Assembly (NCBI RefSeq): GCF_001194135.2
Contig: NC_068995.1
Location: forward strand, 15,560,803-15,613,224
Direction: 5' to 3'
DNA from: Octopus bimaculoides
Lineage: Eukaryota
Length of the DNA stretch: 52,422 nucleotides
Shown here: in pieces, positions 25,151 to 36,559 of the stretch
Layout: each line of letters starts with the position of its first letter
Numbering within the stretch: position 1 is the first letter of the stretch
Made by a program: the position numbers and the translations under genes
Notes under the pieces: model-generated
The model's database searches: none
Told to the model about the DNA's origin: nothing
Seen by the model: the letters and a program-made list of their open reading frames with translations, nothing else

Positions 25151-26756
25151 CCCCTTTTGTTTTGAAGTTTCCCAGGACCATTTCCAAAAACAGGACCAAG
25201 GAGAGAGTCTAAAATAAACAAACATTAATGCGTATGGCGGTGTCCCGGCATGGCCACAGCCGCTGTCTGCAACCAATAATAAAATAATAGAATATATTTT
25301 ATTAAAATATTTTCCATATTCTTTATTTTTANNNNNNNNNNNNNNNNNNNNNNNNNNNNNNNNNNNNNNNNNNNNNNNNNNNNNNNNNNNNNNNNNNNNN
25401 NNNNNNNNNNNNNNNNNNNNNNNNNNNNNNNNNNNNNNNNNNNNNNNNNNNNNNNNNNNNNNNNNNNNNNNNNNNNNNNNNNNNNNNNNNNNNNNNNNNN
25501 NNNNNNNNNNNNNNNNNNNNNNNNNNNNNNNNNNNNNNNNNNNNNNNNNNNNNNNNNNNNNNNNNNNNNNNNNNNNNNNNNNNNNNNNNNNNNNNNNNNN
25601 NNNNNNNNNNNNNNNNNNNNNNNNNNNNNNNNNNNNNNNNNNNNNNNNNNNNNNNNNNNNNNNNNNNNNNNNNNNNNNNNNNNNNNNNNNNNNNNNNNNN
25701 NNNNNNNNNNNNNNNNTAATGTGACGATATTATTATTATTAAAGTTGTAGTATATTGTCAACTTAATGTGACGATATTATTATTATTATTCATGGAAAGT
25801 TTCATTCGGCTCCATCCGACTTAAAGTTTCGCAGTCTTCTTACAGAAACCTGCGTCGTTTAGGTTCAGATTACCGAAAGAGAACTACAGGGCGTCCAAGA
25901 TGGCTACTGGAAAATGAGCTACAATTGGTCAAAGCGAGATACATGGCGTTGATGGAAGTGAGATCAACATTGCAGCGGCGTCAGATACATTAGAAAGGAG
26001 ATTTTCATGGACTGCATGGCTAGACAGGAAGCTGATGGGGTCATGATGTCTGACGGGTCTTTGTAGTGACTTGGAATCTAACTGGAGTAAGGCCGGCGAG
26101 AGTGTCTGTGTGTGGTCATATGGTGACGTTAGATCTCCTACTATTGAGTGCCCTTTTCTTTCGCTTGCCCACTCACTCGTGTGTGCGCGCGCTTGTATAT
26201 AACGTAGTGCAACGTGGCATTGCAGTGCAGCAAGATGCTGTTTAATCTCTCAATCGTTCGGAACCCATTAAATAAATATAAATATCTTGGTAAGATATAT
26301 AGCATCCGTAAGAGTGAAAGATAAATTTTATGTTGAGTTTTATTTCCGGGTATAAAGTGAAACAGAAGACGTTTCCAGTTCCCTCTTCGCTCTTCTCAAT
26401 TACTTTAGCTTCCCGTTCGGCTTATTTATAGTTGAATATAAAATGTTGCTGACAGACGTTTACACAGGTACGTTGGTCAACCAAAGAAGTAACTACATCT
26501 TTAGAAAATATTATCTTTTACGCAGTAATTACAAGATTTTTATTTGCAGGTATATAGATGCTACAAAGTCATTACGAATACAGCAATCGATGCAATGGTT
26601 ATTTTGGTAACAGTTTCTTAGAATTTTTCAGTGGTACTCGGGGTAAAACACTAGCATGCATACGTATACTGGGCTAAAACAAAAACCCGCGTTCTTTTTC
26701 AATCGGTGGCGTTTAAACGCATGAGTTTGTTTTTCACGTGACAGAAGATGATGATT

Positions 26757-26794
<38 letters not shown>

Positions 26795-27469
26795 CCTGAC
26801 AGGTGACATTTTAATTTTAACTCCTGTTTTTATGCAATTACTGTGTGGATAAGTTATTTCTTCTGTTTCAATGTTAAAAGTAAAAATAGAGGAAAACGTG
26901 ATACATTTTTGTCATTTGATGCACTTTGTTTCCGAAAGAAACAAAGCACTATACAAGAAGCAAAAAAGATGTACAGTTTATAGTGCTACCTTACTATAAT
27001 CTATGTGGGTATAATACTATAACGTGCTATAATCAATATTGCCTTATTACTGTCTATAGTACCAAACTATTCTATATTTTTAGTGTAGTTCTGCCAATTT
27101 ACTATAACCAACAGTGCCACCTTACGGTAAATTAGTACAGTCTATGATTGCGTAATATTATAACACACTTAATCAATAATGCCATACCGCTATAATCTAG
27201 AGTTAGAGTATCGAAACTATTTTACCCTATAGTGTTAGAATTCACAATTATTAATAGTTTTATACAATAAATTTCACTGTCTGAAACAAGTTATGGAAAT
27301 TCTAAAGCATCAAAGTACTTTTTGTAATGAAAGTTTTATTTTAGTGGTTGAGGTTATTTCAGTACCAGGATGACCAAGAAAATCTGGAACCATAAAAGAT
27401 ATTCACGGAACTGAAAAAACATGTCAAAAATTTAACGCACTATTTATAGAAAGTGTAAAAAGGACGTAC

Positions 27470-27829
27470 CGATTATTCCTGACGCTTCTTTTGAAAATCC
27501 TTTGCCAGAAATCACGAAGAAATCCAAATAACCTTCATTTGGTGCCATCTTAGATTCCAAATTTCTTCTTATTAGCAGTTTTTGGCCTTTAGAAATTCCA
27601 AATTCCATATATTTGCCTCTGCCATTTATGCCCAACGTCGAGCTGGATGATGTCACACCTGTTTCGTTATCCCATGTAAATATATGGTTGTTAAAGGCTA
27701 TTTTGTGCGGCGTGACAATTACAGTCATGTGAGGAGACGTAATATATAGTTGGCCAATATATGTTCTGAGAGGTCTGTCTGGTTTAAAACGGCCTTTGCC
27801 TTCGACTATTTTGGCCGTAATGTTAATTC
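27470..27829 (-). CDS. ITIH: ITIH-like gene, internal exon (360 nt, phase 1-1), ITI-HC C-terminal domain
   Basis: Acceptor ttttgtag| and donor |GTACGT. Encodes INITAKIV...RTYIGQLYI...FTWDN...GYLDFFVISGKGFSKEASGII(G), matching ITIH TVNG..TYFG..F.W..LGFYV.....S...HGLLGQ. Confidence 0.9.
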
Positions 27830-28329
27830 CTACAAAACGCAAAAATAGAAATCTATTTGCAAATGATAACTAAGATTTTTTATTAAAAAATCAGATAAGC
27901 AACAGAAAAAAGACTTTTTCTCTGAAAAAATCTTAAACTGCGGCCGTGCTGGGGCATCACCTTTGTATGTACTGGATTTAAAATATAACACATATGAAAT
28001 AGTATTGAAATCAATAATAAATGAGAAACTTAGATGACAGAAACTGTTGTGACATCACACTTAAATTATTGTATTATTCTGGTATGATGAGAAAGAAAAA
28101 TAGTGTTTCAGTACAGTGATAAATAATAATAGTAAGCCAAACGAACCATCAAAAGAAAAAAATTACTCAGGATAACTCAATTTGGTAGAAAGAGAAGTCA
28201 AATAACCCTCAATTCACAGCCGGCTGTCTTAAAAAAGCTACAACTAAAGATCGATCATATAATGTAGTGTTAGATATGCAGTTTAGCTGCTTCTAATTTA
28301 GGTAAAATGTCAGCAGTTTTAAAGGTGAA

Positions 28330-28445
28330 GTTTAGCCGATTACATCGCTCCCAGGTTTTGACTGGTACTCTGTTAACGACCTTGGGAAGATGAAAGGCAA
28401 AGTTCGGCATGGGAGGCTCTAATGATTCTGCCAATCCACCGCCCT
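28330..28445 (-). mobile_element. SINE family B fragment
   Basis: gactggtactctgttaacgaccttgggaagatgaaaggcaaagttcggc. Confidence 0.7.
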
Positions 28446-28894
28446 TAAATAGTATATGAATTGAAAGATCAGATTTTTTATTGTATAGTATGGGACATAC
28501 CCTATCCGCGTCTATTTCTTTTCTCTCTCTCTTCCTCTCTCTTGATATATACTGTTTTATTAAGGTTGCAAAAACATCACAAAAACTACTAATCAGTTTC
28601 ACGTTCTCGCTCGTCGGGCAGTTGCGATCAGGAATAGAATAGAATTTTATCCCATTCTTGATCACAGCTGCCCGACGAGCGGGAACGTGAAACACTGAGT
28701 AGCATTCTTTAGTGATGGTTTTGAAGCTTTAATAAAAAAGCGTATCACTCTACCTTCGGTATTCGAGCACTTTCTTCCACTTAGTTTTGCATTTATGTGC
28801 TCACACGTGTGTGTGTGTGTGTAAATAATTAAGATTCAGTTGAAGCACAAGTCAGTCCGGTATTATCCGCACAGTTCAAAGTAAAGTAAATAAG

Positions 28895-29241
28895 ATCAAA
28901 ATAAGCAATAGGGTATCAAGTAGTAATGCAGTACGGCCGTTTCGAACGGCTCCATTTAACTGAACAATGCAATCATTTCCTCAATTTAAATACAGTGCTA
29001 TCTCCATCCGCACCAAAAAATTCTATTTATGTATATGGGATTTCAACAGGCAGGATATATTAATATAATTTGTCTTCAATATCTAACAGTAAGAAGGTGG
29101 AAGAAAATTCATGTTGTCGCTATTGTAGCTGAAGATAACACTGTATTTATATTGATGAAATGATTTCATTGCTCAGTTAAATGGAGCCGCTTAAAACGGT
29201 CGTATTGCATTACTACTTGATATCCTGTTGCTTATTTTGAT
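28895..29241. mobile_element. MITE with 109-bp terminal inverted repeats
   Basis: 28895-29003 is the reverse complement of 29133-29241 with scattered mismatches. No ORF inside. Right end abuts (TA)n and a gap. Confidence 0.75.
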
Positions 29242-29758
29242 TATATATATATNNNNNNNNNNNNNNNNNNNNNNNNNNNNNNNNNNNNNNNNNNNNNNNN
29301 NNNNNNNNNNNNNNNNNNNNNNNNNNNNNNNNNNNNNNNNNNNNNNNNNNNNNNNNNNNNNNNNNNNNNNNNNNNNNNNNNNNNNNNNNNNNNNNNNNNN
29401 NNNNNNNNNNNNNNNNNNNNNNNNNNNNNNNNNNNNNNNNNNNNNNNNNNNNNNNNNNNNNNNNNNNNNNNNNNNNNNNNNNNNNNNNNNNNNNNNNNNN
29501 NNNNNNNNNNNNNNNNNNNNNNNNNNNNNNNNNNNNNNNNNNNNNNNNNNNNNNNNNNNNNNNNNNNNNNNNNNNNNNNNNNNNNNNNNNNNNNNNNNNN
29601 NNNNNNNNNNNNNNNNNNNNNNNNNNNNNNNNNNNNNNNNNNNNNNNNNNNNNNNNNNNNNNNNNNNNNNNNNNNNNNNNNNNNGTATAAATAGGGCAAA
29701 AACTTCAAAAAAATCGTTTATATAGTTTTTAATGAAAAAAAAAGATAGTGAAACATAC

Positions 29759-29875
29759 GTCTAACTGGGTCATACAGCAAAATTTGAAGTTGTTTGTCCT
29801 TTCCTGGCAAGTCGAAGCAAATTGGAAGTCGGAGATCCTTTATACGGACAAGGAAATGGGGGTCGCCAAATGAAG
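29759..29875 (-). CDS. ITIH: ITIH-like gene, internal exon (117 nt, phase 1-1), start of ITI-HC C-terminal domain
   Basis: Acceptor ttttctcag| and donor |GTATGT. Encodes (A)SFGDPHFLVRIKDLRLPICFDLPGKDKQLQILLYDPVR, matching the ITIH pattern GDPHF...LCF...L.L..DP. Phase joins the next exon. Confidence 0.9.
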
Positions 29876-29970
29876 CTGAGAAAAGAAAATGTTTATACAT
29901 GTAAATGCATGTAAATATAGATGTGTATATATATTCGTCTATGTATTCGTATGTGCGTGTATGAATGTCA

Positions 29971-30008
<38 letters not shown>

Positions 30009-31704
30009 TATATAAAGTCTGGAGGTATGGTAGATGAATACACATTTTTATACATTTAACCAAGTGACTTCTATCATAGTTACATCAACAATTCATGATG
30101 TTCTGGTGATCTGATGAGATAGATTTCTTTATTTGCATTAATTTATGAATATTTATTTGTATTGATTAATGCTGAGCGTACATATAAATGCAAACGTGTA
30201 CACATAACATCTTCCACACTGAAATTAACACGACATAAAGAAGATTCCAAAACGATGGTCATCCTATGAAAGTTACATTGTTAAATAAATAAAATCAAAT
30301 TATCATCTCTTATAACACTAAACAATGTTTTTATAAAATCTTCATGAACCAGTTTTGTCGCTCGGATTTTCTGGATTTTCATTTACACAAATACTTGACC
30401 TTACATTATTTTATAATTGATTACTATGTGGGCTGTTAGCCGAGTTCGTAAGAGCAGCTTTATGTGACAGCCGCGCAATCCTCTGAATCCACACCTTAAA
30501 CTACGCTTTTATATATATATATATATATATCTTTTATCTTTTAAGTGTTTCGCCCATGAAACTTACTCGCCTAAGGTGCCACACATTGGGGCTCAACCCA
30601 GAGCAATGTGGTTTGGAAGTATACTTCTAACCANNNNNNNNNNNNNNNNNNNNNNNNNNNNNNNNNNNNNNNNNNNNNNNNNNNNNNNNNNNNNNNNNNN
30701 NNNNNNNNNNNNNNNNNNNNNNNNNNNNNNNNNNNNNNNNNNNNNNNNNNNNNNNNNNNNNNNNNNNNNNNNNNNNNNNNNNNNNNNNNNNNNNNNNNNN
30801 NNNNNNNNNNNNNNNNNNNNNNNNNNNNNNNNNNNNNNNNNNNNNNNNNNNNNNNNNNNNNNNNNNNNNNNNNNNNNNNNNNNNNNNNNNNNNNNNNNNN
30901 NNNNNNNNNNNNNNNNNNNNNNNNNNNNNNNNNNNNNNNNNNNNNNNNNNNNNNNNNNNNNNNNNNNNNNNNNNNNNNNNNNNNNNNNNNNNNNNNNNNN
31001 NNNNNNNNNNNNNNNNNNNNNNNNNNNNNNNNNNNNNNNNNNNNNNNNNNNNNNNNNNNNNNNNNNNNNNNNNNNNNNNNNNNNNNNNNNNNNNNNNNNN
31101 NNNNNNNNNNNNNNNNNNNNNNNNNNNNNNNNNNNNNNNNNNNNNNNNNNNNNNNNNNNNNNNNNNNNNNNNNNNNNNNNNNNNNNNNNNNNNNNNNNNN
31201 NNNNNNNNNNNNNNNNNNNNNNNNNNNNNNNNNNNNNNNNNNNNNNNNNNNNNNNNNNNNNNNNNNNNNNNNNNNNNNNNNNNNNNNNNNNNNNNNNNNN
31301 NNNNNNNNNNNNNNNNNNNNNNNNNNNNNNNNNNNNNNNNNNNNNNNNNNNNNNNNNNNNNNNNNNNNNNNNNNNNNNNNNNNNNNNNNNNNNNNNNNNN
31401 NNNNNNNNNNNNNNNNNNNNNNNNNNNNNNNNNNNNNNNNNNNNNNNNNNNNNNNNNNNNNNNNNNNNNNNNNNNNNNNNNNNNNNNNNNNNNNNNNNNN
31501 NNNNNNNNNNNNNNNNNNNNNNNNNNNNNNCTATCCTTACACACGCTTTTCTTGAAGCCATCAGCTTGTAACTAATCAAGAGGTACATTAACTGTGTCGA
31601 TATCACTGGTATGGGAGGTTCTGCTAAGGCAATAGGAACAGCTGCTGCATTTGGAGCCAACTCCAAATAGATTCTACAATATCTATTGACTACGAGCTTC
31701 AATA

Positions 31705-31912
31705 TTCTTTTCTACTCTAGGCACAAGGCCCGAAATTTTTGGGGAGGTACCAGTCGATTATATCGACCCCAGTGCATAACTGGTACTTATTTAATCGACC
31801 CCGAAAGGATGAAGGGCAAAGTCGACCTCGGCGAAACTTGAACTCAGAACGTAACGGCAGACGAAATACCGCTAAGCATTTTGACCGGGGTGCTAACGTT
31901 TCTGCCAGCTTC
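31705..31912 (-). mobile_element. SINE family B, near full length
   Basis: ggcacaaggcccgaaatt...ctggtacttatttaatcgaccccgaaaggatgaagggcaaagtcgacctcggcg...ttctgccagct. Confidence 0.88.
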
Positions 31913-31983
31913 AAATTAATTCCTTTTCCTTCTTGTTTTCGTTTCTGTGATATGCTCTTAACTGTAGTTTTTTTGCCTTTACA

Positions 31984-32016
<33 letters not shown>

Positions 32017-32789
32017 TATATATANNNNNNNNNNTAGGCAGACAGAAAGATAGATATACCAAGTCTGCAACGTATATAGAGTTCGTAAACTGCGTATCGT
32101 TTCATTTTCGTTTTCTCTTACATCACTCTTTGATTTTACTTCTCACTGGTAAAGGCTTTAACCCAAAACGTTGGATCCTCTTCTATTATTTTCATTAACA
32201 ATGTTATTTTCATTGTACGGATTCTTTTAATACTATTGTATTTCTGCGCTTTTCCCCACCTCTGCACCATAGTCGTACGTTTTACCTTTCTAAATGTATG
32301 TATTATTCATTTGTTTCTCCCCTTGTTACCTGACAATCTTCCTCGTCTTATTTACGTGCTATACATACCCCACCCCAAACACATACGTGTCTGTGTATAC
32401 ATTCACACACACGTATAGTCCTTGTTACTATTTTATATACTCGCATTCTAATATGAAATACCATATCTTTTTTCCAAAAATCACCCCCTTGATTAGAAGT
32501 AAACAATGAAAAACTTGCACACATCCTCACTCTGTAATGACACTATGTGAAAGTCAGCTATGTTTCTGCAATTTTACACGATATTTGATATGTTATGTAG
32601 CTGTAGCCCCGGAAAGTGATTAATCAATAGCCTTGCAAGCATGAATATTTAGATCTAAAAGTATGGGAAAATTGTATTAGCTTAACATGAAAAAATTAAC
32701 CCCGCTTTCAGTTAGCCATTTATTTTCATGCACTAAATCATCGCATTTATAATGGATTGCAATTCATTTAATGTATATGTTTACTATCT

Positions 32790-32932
32790 TTAATTTTTAA
32801 CTTGCTTTGGTCATTAGACTGCAGCCATGCTGTTGCACCACATTGAACAGATTCTAGTCAAATAAATACACCCTAGTACTAAAAACCCAATACCAGTTGT
32901 CAAGCAGTGGTGGGAAAAACACAGACACAAAG

Positions 32933-32945
<13 letters not shown>
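32790..32945 (-). mobile_element. SINE family A, 3' part
   Basis: gactgcagccatgctg...accagttgtcaagcagtggtggg. Confidence 0.7.
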
Positions 32946-32965
<20 letters not shown>

Positions 32966-32969
32966 AGTC

Positions 32970-33290
32970 AGTAAATAGAGGGGTTGTGTTAACCGCACGT
33001 GGAGAAATAATAGGAAAATGAAAAAAAGCCAGAATGCTGAACTGGAAGCACACTTCAACAAAGATTCCTTCCAACCGGCTTTCACTGCGAAGAAGCAAAC
33101 CATCAAGAAGGAGAACGAAAACGTTTTCCCACACATCCCACTGATGCAATGCTGAGACAAGTCACTGAAGCTGTCTGTTTACAGGAATACAAACCCTCTC
33201 TCAACCGTAAATGCGAGTAGGGTAACATCCAGATTCCACTCGGGAGTACACCTCTATAATCACCCTCCTCTCTCTTTTACATGTGGAATT
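32970..33290 (+). mobile_element. Penelope-like element remnant (GIY-YIG C-terminus)
   Basis: HPTDAMLRQVTEAVCLQEYKPSLNRKCE*GN (~33135-33225) resembles the PLE endonuclease end D.MLRQITEAV.I....P.LN.K.EWGN. Confidence 0.6.
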
Positions 33291-33293
33291 CCT

Positions 33294-33372
33294 TTCCCTA
33301 CATACATGTTGAGATGCATAATACATACATATAATACATACATATTATGCATCTCAACATGTATGTAGGGAA
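33294..33372. repeat. Perfect 30-bp inverted repeat, 19-nt spacer
   Basis: ttccctacatacatgttgagatgcataata at 33294-33323 and its exact reverse complement at 33343-33372. Confidence 0.95.
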
Positions 33373-33481
33373 TAGATATATATACATACATGTATATATA
33401 GATATATATACATACATGTATATATAGATATATATACATACATGTATATATAGATATATATACATACATGTATATATAGAT

Positions 33482-33635
33482 ATGATAGGCTTCTTTCAGT
33501 TTCCGTCTACGAAATCCACTCAAAAGGTTTTGGTCGGCCCTAGGGTTAGTAGAAGACACGCGCCCAAGGTGCGATGCAGTGGAACTGAACTCGAGACCAT
33601 GTGGCTGGGCAGCAAAAAGGCACTGCCTATCTCGT
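33482..33635 (-). mobile_element. SINE family A, 5' part
   Basis: ggcttctttcagtttccgtctacgaaatccactc...gaactgaactcgagaccatgtgg. Confidence 0.8.
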
Positions 33636-33744
33636 CTACCAAAGGGGATATACCTGAATATTATGTATACTTGAATAGGGATATTGACTCAGACATATTC
33701 ATGCAAATATATGTAAATACCCACGGGCTGGCTCAGTGAGGAAG

Positions 33745-33920
33745 ATACAATATCTGGCAGAAACATTAGCACGCCGGACGAAATGCATAGCAGTATTTCG
33801 TCTGCTGCTATGTTCTGAGTTCAAATTCCGCCGAGGTCAACATAAACGACTTAATCCGTTTGTCTGTCCTTGTCTGTCCCCTCTGTGTGTAGCCCCTTGT
33901 GGGCAGTAAAGAAATAAGAT
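33745..33920 (+). mobile_element. SINE family B, internally deleted, gggcagtaaagaaataag tail
   Basis: ggcagaaacattagcacgccggacgaaatg...gagttcaaattccgccgaggtc. Confidence 0.85.
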
Positions 33921-34086
33921 ACAATATATTCCCTGAGTAATGAAAGAGAATAGGTTGAAAACGTACGAAAAGCATTGTAGGAAATTATAAAACTGATAGA
34001 AGTAATGTTTAGTACACATATATACATAAAAGTACGATAGTATCACATTGCCTATATGACTCTGTTTAATATAGATACATATATTG

Positions 34087-34300
34087 AGGCGGTGAGCTAG
34101 CAGAACCCGAGCTGGCATGCCGGACAAAACGCTTAGTGGCATTTCGTCCGTCTTTACGTTCTGAGTCAAATTCCGCCGAGGTTGATTTTGCCTTTCATCC
34201 TTTCGGACTCGATAAAATTAGTAACAGTTGAACACTAGAGTCGATGTGATCAACGTACCCACTCCCCCGAAATTTCTGGCTTTGTGCCAAAATTTAAAAC
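34087..34300 (+). mobile_element. SINE family B
   Basis: ggcggtgagctagcagaa...ttccgccgaggttgattttgcctttcatcctttcgg. Confidence 0.85.
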
Positions 34301-35494
34301 CAATATACATATACAAATATATATGCGTGTATGTATGTATGTATCTATCTATCTGAATATGTATGTATGTGTCTGTTTGTGCGAATGTAAGTGTGTGAAT
34401 ATTTATCGATGTACTGAATATGCGACAAGTTACCACAGGAATTAAGGGTTCAATTTTCACTTACGTTAAACTCCCATTCTCATATTATGCAGATTCAAGT
34501 TACAACATAGTACCAAGAGCCGCATATAGTTAAAGTGAACGAAACTCTATATAACTACATACATAGATGTTTGTGCGTGTATTTTCATTCATATTCGACT
34601 AGTATGTTACTTAATTACGTAACGTCAACAGCTATACCAATCTTTCTAATATCATAAGATCTACACCTACACACTTAACTTTCTTAGAGGTGATAACGGC
34701 TTCTGCATCAAAGGATGACGAAAGTTATTAAATGATATCTTCAGTGAGGATCAGTGCACTTAATATACATAAAACTTGGGGTTCTTAACACGAAGTTTTT
34801 CGGGAAACTCTTAGTGAATGAGAAAATAAGAAATAAGCAAAGATTAATCATATACCGGTTGATAGGTTATTGGGGATTCGGCTCATTATTATTATGTTGA
34901 CATTTGCAGTATATACATTTAACTGTTTATGGCCTATATCCTCTAAATATTTTTGTCCTTTAGCTCTTACTCAAATTGAGTCGCTAGAGCGTATAAAATG
35001 ACATGCAGGAATTACTCTGGAGCTCCGAGATCAGATCTTGCAAAGATTAACCTTACATTTCACTCTTTCAGAAATAAGTTTCTAAATCAGACAGTAGATT
35101 ATCGGAATTATTAGGACATCAGTCATGATAATTTGTGGTGTCTTTTCCGGGTCTTTGTGTTCTGTCGGAAGTTACTACGATGACACTGGTATCGAGCAAT
35201 AAACAGCCACTATCATTTTCTTGTACACCAATGACCTAGGGAAGGCAGGTCTGCATGGAGAACAACTCCTGTTCGTTCATAAGAAAACTTTCTAAGGCTG
35301 AGCTTTGAAGGGGAAATTTCGAGATGTAGAAACACTGTGTTGAAGATCCATTGTTGCACGAAATATCAGGGGGAACTAACAACCCTGATCAAGTATTAAA
35401 AAATTCTTTGGAATCAGAACTTACCATCTTTGAAAAGCGAATATCTAGATGGGTTTCAGCAGTTATTCAAACCGAATTAGCATATTCATCTACA

Positions 35495-35632
<138 letters not shown>

Positions 35633-36299
35633 TATATATGAAGGGGCGTGTATGTGTGAGTATTTTGAGGATTTGGGTGCGTGCGCATGTACGTGTGTGC
35701 CATGTATATATTTGTATTTGGTGATAGAGTAAAGATGTAAACATAAGCAATCAATAAACAAAACAAAACAAAACAAACAAAAATCAATAAAGCGATGGAT
35801 TGGAACGAAGTCCTTTCTAATATTTATTTCAGCCGATGTGCACAGATAATCGTAAAATGCAGCGAACCAGTATGTAAACAACGGCGCTATTGTACACACA
35901 ATGTGATATAAAATAATTCATATGACAATGATATAAAAACCAAGTATTGAGACAGATTCAATCAGCAACATCCTTTATATTTCCTAAATGTTTAGTCGAA
36001 TGTCAATATTAGAATTGTTACACTGTTTGACGACAGATGGCGTAGTTATGGATGTGTGGTTAAGAAATTCGTCTCGTAACTGGTCGCTTTCGGATTGGAA
36101 ACCACACTGTGCATTCTTTAGGCAAATGGCTTCAGCCATGGCTTAGGGGAGAGAGAGAGAGAGCGAGCGATAGAGAGCTAATTACAAAGTTAATTAGAGA
36201 AAAGAGAAGGGGAAAGAACTTAGTAGATAGACAAGGGATACAGAAATAAATTGATAGACATAGATATACTTCACAATAAACCAGTCAACTCAGGTAGTA

Positions 36300-36450
36300 A
36301 GAATGAGTTGTGCCTGTTTATTCAAAAGGCCATCCTTGTCACACTGAAAACTATGTTAAGGGAACGCGTGTTTGTGGAGAGCTTAGCCACTTGCACGCTT
36401 TAATGGGATCAACTGGAACACTCGTCGTCGTAACGCCGCAGTGCCAGTTT
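36300..36450 (+). mobile_element. SINE family C 3' fragment
   Basis: ccttgtcacactg...agccacttgcacg...atcaactggaacactcgtcgtcgtaacg. Confidence 0.7.
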
Positions 36451-36454
36451 GATA

Positions 36455-36491
<37 letters not shown>

Positions 36492-36559
36492 CAAATGATA
36501 TATGAGCATATGCATGTATAAATACATATGTACATACCTACATTTACATGTATATATAG

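Noticed and set aside
25717-25790. 24-bp direct repeat taatgtgacgatattattattatt around a short spacer (CRISPR-like look)
   Set aside because: Only two units, directly at a gap edge in a eukaryotic genome; likely a local duplication or assembly artefact.
25800-26260. GC-richer islands here and at 3020-3420, 35100-35400, 39060-39600 and 48820-49280
   Set aside because: Probably old TE fragments, but I could not recognise a diagnostic motif, so no call is made.
35415-35490. Strong minus-strand donor ATG|GTAAGT
   Set aside because: Upstream frames hit stops within ~35 nt and no adequate acceptor gives a compatible exon.
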